Source: an uncultured delta proteobacterium (GTDB taxonomy: Bacteria > Myxococcota_A > Polyangia > Palsa-1104). From it: a stretch of 64,000 nt of DNA. The stretch lies in the NCBI GenBank assembly GCA_963785725.1, contig CAWAWS010000019.1, forward strand, positions 64,001 to 128,000, in the 5' to 3' direction. The stretch's first letter is position 1. Every line of letters begins with the position of its first letter. The position numbers and the translations under genes were made by a program. Below are positions 57,234-64,000 of this stretch, piece after piece. The notes below the pieces were generated by a model that saw only the letters and a program-made list of their open reading frames with translations, had not been told where the DNA came from and searched no databases.

Positions 57234-58505
57234 TTAGGCCGCGCCGCAAACGGCTGCGATTGACTCGCGCGTGGCGCCGACCAAGCGATCGATCTCGGCT
57301 TCGCTGACCGACAGCGGCGGCATCATGACGATGACGTTGCCGAGCGGCCGCAAGATGACGCCGCGGCGGCGCAGGTCGGCGCAGACGCGCGCGCCGATGG
57401 CATCGGCATATTCGTACGGCCCGAGCTCGACGCCCACCATGAGCCCGCGCTGCCGAATCTCGGTCACGAACGGCAGCGGCTCGAGCTGCGTCGTCAAGCG
57501 CTCTTGCAGACGCGCGATCTTCGGCTGCAGCTGATCGAGCACGCGCTCCTTCTCGAAGATGTCGAGCGACGCGATTCCCGCCGCACACGCCAGCGGATTG
57601 CCGGTGTAGGTATGCCCGTGAAAGAAGGTCATTTTCTGGGCATATTCGCCGAGAAACGCGTCGTAAATCGCGTCGGTCGCGAGGGTCGCCGCGAGCGGCA
57701 AGTAACCGCCCGAGATGCCTTTGGCGAGGCACATGAGATCGGGCGTCACGCCTTCTTGCTCGCAGGCGAACATGGTCCCCGTGCGGCCGAAGCCGGTGGC
57801 GACCTCGTCGCAGATGAGGAGCACGTCGTGTTTGCGGCACAGGTCGCGGGCGGCGCGCAGGAATCCGGGCGGCTGCAGCAGCATACCGGCCGCGCCCTGT
57901 ACGAGCGGCTCGACGATCAACGCCGCCAGCTCGTGCGCATGCCGAGTCAGCGTCGCCTCGAGCTGCTCGATCGATGGAGCGACGCGCAAGACGTTGAACA
58001 GCAGCGGATGAAAGATCTGGTGGAAAAGGTCGATGCCGCCGACCGAGACCGCGCCGACCGTGTCGCCGTGATAGGCCTCGGTCAGCGCGAGGAACTTTTG
58101 CTTCTCCGGCCGACCGCGCTGCGCCTGGAATTGGTAGGCGATCTTGAGCGCGATCTCGACGGCCGTCGAACCGGAGTCGCTGTAGAAGACGCGCGTGAGA
58201 CCGGGCGGCGCGACGCGAATGAGCCGTTCGGCCAGCTCGATCGACGGCACGTTGCCCAGGCCGAGCAAAGTCGAATGCGCGACCAAGTCGAGCTGCGCGC
58301 GGACGGCGTCGTCGAGCTCGCGGCGGCGGTGGCCATGGACGTTGACCCAAAGCGACGATACGCCGTCGAGGTAGCGGCGGCCTTCGAGGTCGATCAGCTC
58401 GTTGCCTTCGGCGGCAGCGATGATGAGCGGCTCGGTGGCGTTCCAGGCGCGCATTTGCGTGAACGGATGCCAGACGTAGCGGCGGTCTTTTTCGGCGAGA
58501 TTCAT
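57234..58505 (-). CDS. bioA: Adenosylmethionine-8-amino-7-oxononanoate aminotransferase
   Basis: VWHPFTQM, SDSGSTAVE, YHGDT, DEVATGFGRTG and HGHTYTGNP. Confidence 0.96.
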   Translation of the reverse strand: MNLAEKDRRYVWHPFTQMRAWNATEPLIIAAAEGNELIDLEGRRYLDGVSSLWVNVHGHRRRELDDAVRAQLDLVAHSTLLGLGNVPSIELAERLIRVAPPGLTRVFYSDSGSTAVEIALKIAYQFQAQRGRPEKQKFLALTEAYHGDTVGAVSVGGIDLFHQIFHPLLFNVLRVAPSIEQLEATLTRHAHELAALIVEPLVQGAAGMLLQPPGFLRAARDLCRKHDVLLICDEVATGFGRTGTMFACEQEGVTPDLMCLAKGISGGYLPLAATLATDAIYDAFLGEYAQKMTFFHGHTYTGNPLACAAGIASLDIFEKERVLDQLQPKIARLQERLTTQLEPLPFVTEIRQRGLMVGVELGPYEYADAIGARVCADLRRRGVILRPLGNVIVMMPPLSVSEAEIDRLVGATRESIAAVCGAA

Positions 58506-58518
58506 CGGCGGCCTCGGC

Positions 58519-59673
58519 TTAGGCGAAGTGATCTTGCAGGTCGGCGAGTGCGTCGAGCGCGCGATCGAGTTGGGCGCGGCTATGCGTAGCCATGATCGAG
58601 AAGCGCAGTCTCGACGTGCCGGCGGGAACGGTCGGCGGGCGGATCGCTTGTGCGTAGATGCCGCGTTCGAGCAGCGCCTCGCAGGCCGCGACAGCTCGGC
58701 GCGGGTCGCCGTCGCGAACGAGGATGGGCACGATGTGCGAAGGCGCGCCGGGTGCGACGCCGTGGCTGATGGCCGCTGGCCGGCGGTCATGAAAATAGCG
58801 ACAGTTTTCGGCCAGCTGGGCGCACCGTGCGCGGCCGTCGGCGGTCGCCAGCCAGTCGATCGCGGCGTGCGAGGCGGCGACGACCGGCGCCGGCAGAGCG
58901 GTCGTGAACACGAAGCTGCGCGCGCGATGGATGAGCAAGTCGATGAGCGGACGCGCGCCGGCGGCGTAGGCGCCGAATGATCCGAGCGCCTTTCCCAGCG
59001 TGCCGATGCGCAGGTCGACGGGCACATCGTCGGCGCGGACGCCGATTTCGTGCGCTTCATCCACGATCAGCAGCGCCTGATGTTTGCGCGCGAGTGCGAC
59101 CAGCGCCGGAACGTCGGCGCGGTCGCCGTCCATGCTGAACACGGTGTCGCTGAGAATGAGGCGCCGGCGGCCCGGCTCGCGGACGAGCGCGGCTTCGAGC
59201 GCGTCCAGGTCGCGGTGGGGGAAGACGATCGTCTTCGCGCGCGACAGTCGGCAGCCGTCGATCAAGCTGGCGTGGTTGAGCGCGTCCGAGAAGATGACGT
59301 CTTCGAGCCCGGCGAGCGCCGAGACGACCCCGACGTTGGCGTGGTAGCCGGAGTTGAAGAGCAGGGCCGACTCGGTCGATTTCCACTGTGCGATGCGGGT
59401 TTCGAGCGCGCGATGCGGGCTCAAGTTGCCGACGATCAGCCGCGACGCGCCGGCGCCGAAGCCGTGCTCGGCCATCGCGCGGTTGGCGGCGTCGCGCAGC
59501 AGCGGCGAGTCCGCGAGCCCGAGGTAGTTGTTGGACGAGAAGTTGAGGACCGTGCGGCCGGCGAGGGTGATTTCGGCCGACTGCGCGCCATCTACCGGTC
59601 GGAGGTGACGGCGCAGACCGCGCGCGTCAATGTCGTGTAGCTCGGCGCGGATGCTATCGAGCGGGGAAGGCAA
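58519..59673 (-). CDS. bioF: 8-amino-7-oxononanoate synthase (TTG start inferred)
   Basis: FSSNNYLG, NHASLIDG, FSMDGD, DEAH, GTLGKA and IRPPTV. Confidence 0.93.
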   Translation of the reverse strand: MPSPLDSIRAELHDIDARGLRRHLRPVDGAQSAEITLAGRTVLNFSSNNYLGLADSPLLRDAANRAMAEHGFGAGASRLIVGNLSPHRALETRIAQWKSTESALLFNSGYHANVGVVSALAGLEDVIFSDALNHASLIDGCRLSRAKTIVFPHRDLDALEAALVREPGRRRLILSDTVFSMDGDRADVPALVALARKHQALLIVDEAHEIGVRADDVPVDLRIGTLGKALGSFGAYAAGARPLIDLLIHRARSFVFTTALPAPVVAASHAAIDWLATADGRARCAQLAENCRYFHDRRPAAISHGVAPGAPSHIVPILVRDGDPRRAVAACEALLERGIYAQAIRPPTVPAGTSRLRFSIMATHSRAQLDRALDALADLQDHFA

Positions 59674-59681
59674 GCGGCGGC

Positions 59682-59710
59682 AGCATAGTTCCACGTGGAA
59701 CATTCGTCAA
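59682..59710 (-). promoter_or_regulatory. Sigma-70 promoter of bioFAD
   Basis: TTGACG (59710-59705)-N17-TATGCT (59687-59682), 8 nt before the TTG. Confidence 0.65.
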
Positions 59711-59792
59711 CCGAGCGGCCTGGTCAGGTTGACAATGGTTCCACGTGGAACATTGAGCCCACAAGCGGGCCGCGATTGTTCCACGTGGAACA
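59687..59792. repeat. Three parS palindromes
   Basis: Core GTTCCACGTGGAAC within 16-mers at 59687-59702, 59737-59752 and 59777-59792; matches the known parS consensus. Confidence 0.93.
59703..59736. promoter_or_regulatory. Candidate BirA operator
   Basis: TTCGTCAACC-N14-GGTTGACAAT directly upstream of bioF; resembles the TGTcAACC-N14/15-GGTTgACA type of BirA site. Confidence 0.65.
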
Positions 59793-59797
59793 TCGAC

Positions 59798-60409
59798 TTA
59801 CGGGCGGCGGAAGGGCTGAAGCCGACGATGGGCGCCGCCGACCCGATACTCGACCGGCAGCTCGCGCTCGAAGCCAGGCGGCGCCTCCAAGACCGGCGCG
59901 TCGGCGGTTTGCATCGCGAGCAAGCGACCGCCGGGCGAGACCAGGCGCTGACCATGATCGAGCCAGACTGGCGGATCCCACGTCGCGCGCGAAACGGCCA
60001 CGTCGAACGTCTCCTTCAAGCAGTCGTCGCGCAGGTGCTTCGGATCCAAATTCGGGACGACGGTGCGCTTCAACGTCTGCAGGAAGGCGATCTTCTTGGC
60101 CACGCCATCGATGCAGGTGACGCGCAGATTCGGCAAGACGAGCGCCAACACCGCACCGGGAAAGCCGGCGCCACAGCCGACATCGACCATCGTCTGGTAG
60201 TCGCGAACGAGCGGCAGCGCGGCTAGGCTGTCGAGGAAGTGCAGCTCGACGACTTCGGCGTCGGCCGTGATCGCCGTCAGGTTGATCTTGCGATTCCAAG
60301 TCTGCAGCAGCTGTAGATATTCGCCGAAGCGCCGCACGTGCGTGTCATCGAGCGTAACCCCAAGCGTTGCCGCGCCATCCACGAGCCGCCGAATCGTTGC
60401 CTTGTCCAC
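59798..60409 (-). CDS. rsmG: 16S rRNA m7G527 methyltransferase
   Basis: WNRKINLTAI, HFLDSL, DVGCGAGFPG, KKIAFL and SRA. Confidence 0.95.
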   Translation of the reverse strand: MDKATIRRLVDGAATLGVTLDDTHVRRFGEYLQLLQTWNRKINLTAITADAEVVELHFLDSLAALPLVRDYQTMVDVGCGAGFPGAVLALVLPNLRVTCIDGVAKKIAFLQTLKRTVVPNLDPKHLRDDCLKETFDVAVSRATWDPPVWLDHGQRLVSPGGRLLAMQTADAPVLEAPPGFERELPVEYRVGGAHRRLQPFRRP

Positions 60410-60432
60410 GGGGCGACATTATAGTCGGCGCG

Positions 60433-61485
60433 ATGCCGCATATGAGCGTCGAAGCGCTGGAGCGCGCCATCTTCCCTGTCGCGCAACAGCTCACGGGCGG
60501 CCACAATCCGCACCTCGAGACGTTGGAGGGCGGTGCCTCGATTCGCCGCTACTATCGCATCACGTTGGCGGGCGGTCGGGTGCCGAGCCTCGTGGTCATG
60601 GAGCTGGGCGACAATCCGCTGAAGTCGGAAGAGGCGGGCAAAGCGGCGGCGCCGACCGAGCTGCCGTTCATCAACGTGCAGCGCTATCTCGCGCAAGCGG
60701 GCGCTTCGGTGCCGGCGATCTTGCGCCACGACATGACGCTTGGGCTCGTCTACCTCGAAGACTTGGGCGACATCACGTTCGAGTCACGCGTGCTGAACGC
60801 GAACGATGACGTGCGCGCGCAATATTATCGGCTCGCGATCGACCAGCTCGTCGCGTTGCAGGACTACGCGCTGGCGCGGCCCGATCCGCACTGCATCGCC
60901 TTCACGCGCGGCTTCGACTATGAGCTGCTGAAGTGGGAGCTCGACCACTTCCGCGAATACGGCCTCGAAGCGCAAGGTCATCAGCTCACAGACGTCGAGC
61001 GTGCGGAAGTGGAGCGCGTCTTCACGCGGATTGCCGAGGAGCTGGCGGCGCAGCCGCGCGGGTTCGTCCATCGCGACTATCAGAGCCGCAACTTGATGGT
61101 GCAGGACGCAGCCGACGGACCGCGCCTGCGCGTCATCGACTTTCAAGACGCGCTGCTCGGACCGCGCGTCTACGATCTGGTGGGACTCTTACGCGACAGC
61201 TACGTGGCGCTTTCGCCGGAGCTGCTGGATTCGATGGTCGCGCACTTCGTCGCCCGCGCAGGAATGGACGCAGCGCCGTTCGGCCGGCTGTTCGATCTGC
61301 AGGTCGTGCAGCGGAAGCTCAAGGATTCCGGCCGCTTCGTCTTCATCGACCGCGTCAAAGGGAATCCCTCGTTCCTGAAGCATATTCCCAATAGTCTCGC
61401 TTACGTAGCGCGTTCGCTCAAGCGCCTGCCGGAGCTCGACAGCTTGCGCGAAATTCTCGCACGGAAGCTTCCAGAATTAGGGTAA
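60433..61485 (+). CDS. APH/choline-kinase-like phosphotransferase, AmgK-like
   Basis: GGASIRRYYR, LEDLGD, VHRDYQSRNLM, IDFQDA and YDLVGLLRD. Confidence 0.85.
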   Translation: MPHMSVEALERAIFPVAQQLTGGHNPHLETLEGGASIRRYYRITLAGGRVPSLVVMELGDNPLKSEEAGKAAAPTELPFINVQRYLAQAGASVPAILRHDMTLGLVYLEDLGDITFESRVLNANDDVRAQYYRLAIDQLVALQDYALARPDPHCIAFTRGFDYELLKWELDHFREYGLEAQGHQLTDVERAEVERVFTRIAEELAAQPRGFVHRDYQSRNLMVQDAADGPRLRVIDFQDALLGPRVYDLVGLLRDSYVALSPELLDSMVAHFVARAGMDAAPFGRLFDLQVVQRKLKDSGRFVFIDRVKGNPSFLKHIPNSLAYVARSLKRLPELDSLREILARKLPELG

Positions 61486-61562
61486 CAACTGTATTTAACA
61501 ATACGGAAATGTTGATATTACGTATGTGATGAAGACTACTAAAGATTCTTGCCGGCGTCGCC

Positions 61563-61592
61563 TTGACGGGAGTGCAACCTCAACGCTACAAT
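61563..61592 (+). promoter_or_regulatory. Sigma-70 promoter of the kinase gene
   Basis: TTGACG-N18-TACAAT, then GAGG SD; AT-rich sequence upstream. Confidence 0.6.
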
Positions 61593-61606
61593 GAGGCGTT
61601 CACACC

Positions 61607-63772
<2,166 letters not shown>

Positions 63773-63829
63773 CAATTCACCCACTTACGATCTAGGCTTT
63801 AGCTCTCTTTTTCCGAGAGCGGTGGGTCC

Positions 63830-64000
63830 GTGGCGAAGCAGAGCCTTCTCCTAGTCGATGGCGATACGAAGAGTCTGCGCGTTCTCGAAGTCAGCCTGAA
63901 GAAGGCCGGTTTCAACGTCACCACCGCGGTCAACGGCTCGGATGCGCTCGCCAAAGTCGAAACGGCGGCGCCCGATCTCATCATCTCCGACACGAAGATG
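63830..64000 (+). CDS. Response regulator receiver domain protein (partial)
   Basis: Translated by hand: [57 protein letters not shown]; runs off the window. Confidence 0.85.
   Translation, partial: MAKQSLLLVDGDTKSLRVLEVSLKKAGFNVTTAVNGSDALAKVETAAPDLIISDTKM

Noticed and set aside
59687..59792. Repeat-spacer-repeat pattern as a CRISPR array
   Set aside because: The repeats are 14-16-bp perfect palindromes matching parS, the spacing is uneven, and no cas genes are present.
59695..60120. Short ORFs containing MFHVE or STWN, and the MFHVE extension of bioF
   Set aside because: These are translations of the parS palindrome.

Overview
High-GC bacterial chromosome segment, probably Myxococcota (inferred from the Hanks kinases, Oar-like TonB receptor, GTTCCACGTGGAAC parS sites and an ECF/caspase module). 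It contains the replication origin region: gyrB-recF-dnaN-dnaA / rpmH-rnpA-yidD-yidC-jag-mnmE, with DnaA boxes on both sides of dnaA and three parS sites about 9 kb away. It also has rpsB-tsf-pyrH-frr, tRNA-Ala(CGC) with a small att-flanked remnant, uvrA, selD, ino1, bioFAD and rsmG. Bases 1-19.4 kb are an accessory region of secreted enzymes and lipoproteins. Main observations: (1) an ECF sigma / Zn anti-sigma / exported caspase-family protease / lipoprotein module, with the same promoter motif before two of its genes and an RxKG motif in both protease and anti-sigma; (2) the bioFAD promoter and a BirA-like operator are interleaved with the parS cluster; (3) MIRU-like repeats encode mini-ORFs that keep translational coupling unbroken; (4) two paralogous unknown proteins are coupled to gyrB where gyrA usually lies; (5) many genes look leaderless. 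Many single-base frameshifts fall in essential genes (rpsB, tsf), which points to sequencing or assembly errors rather than pseudogenes. All family assignments come from motif recognition by eye; no searches were run.
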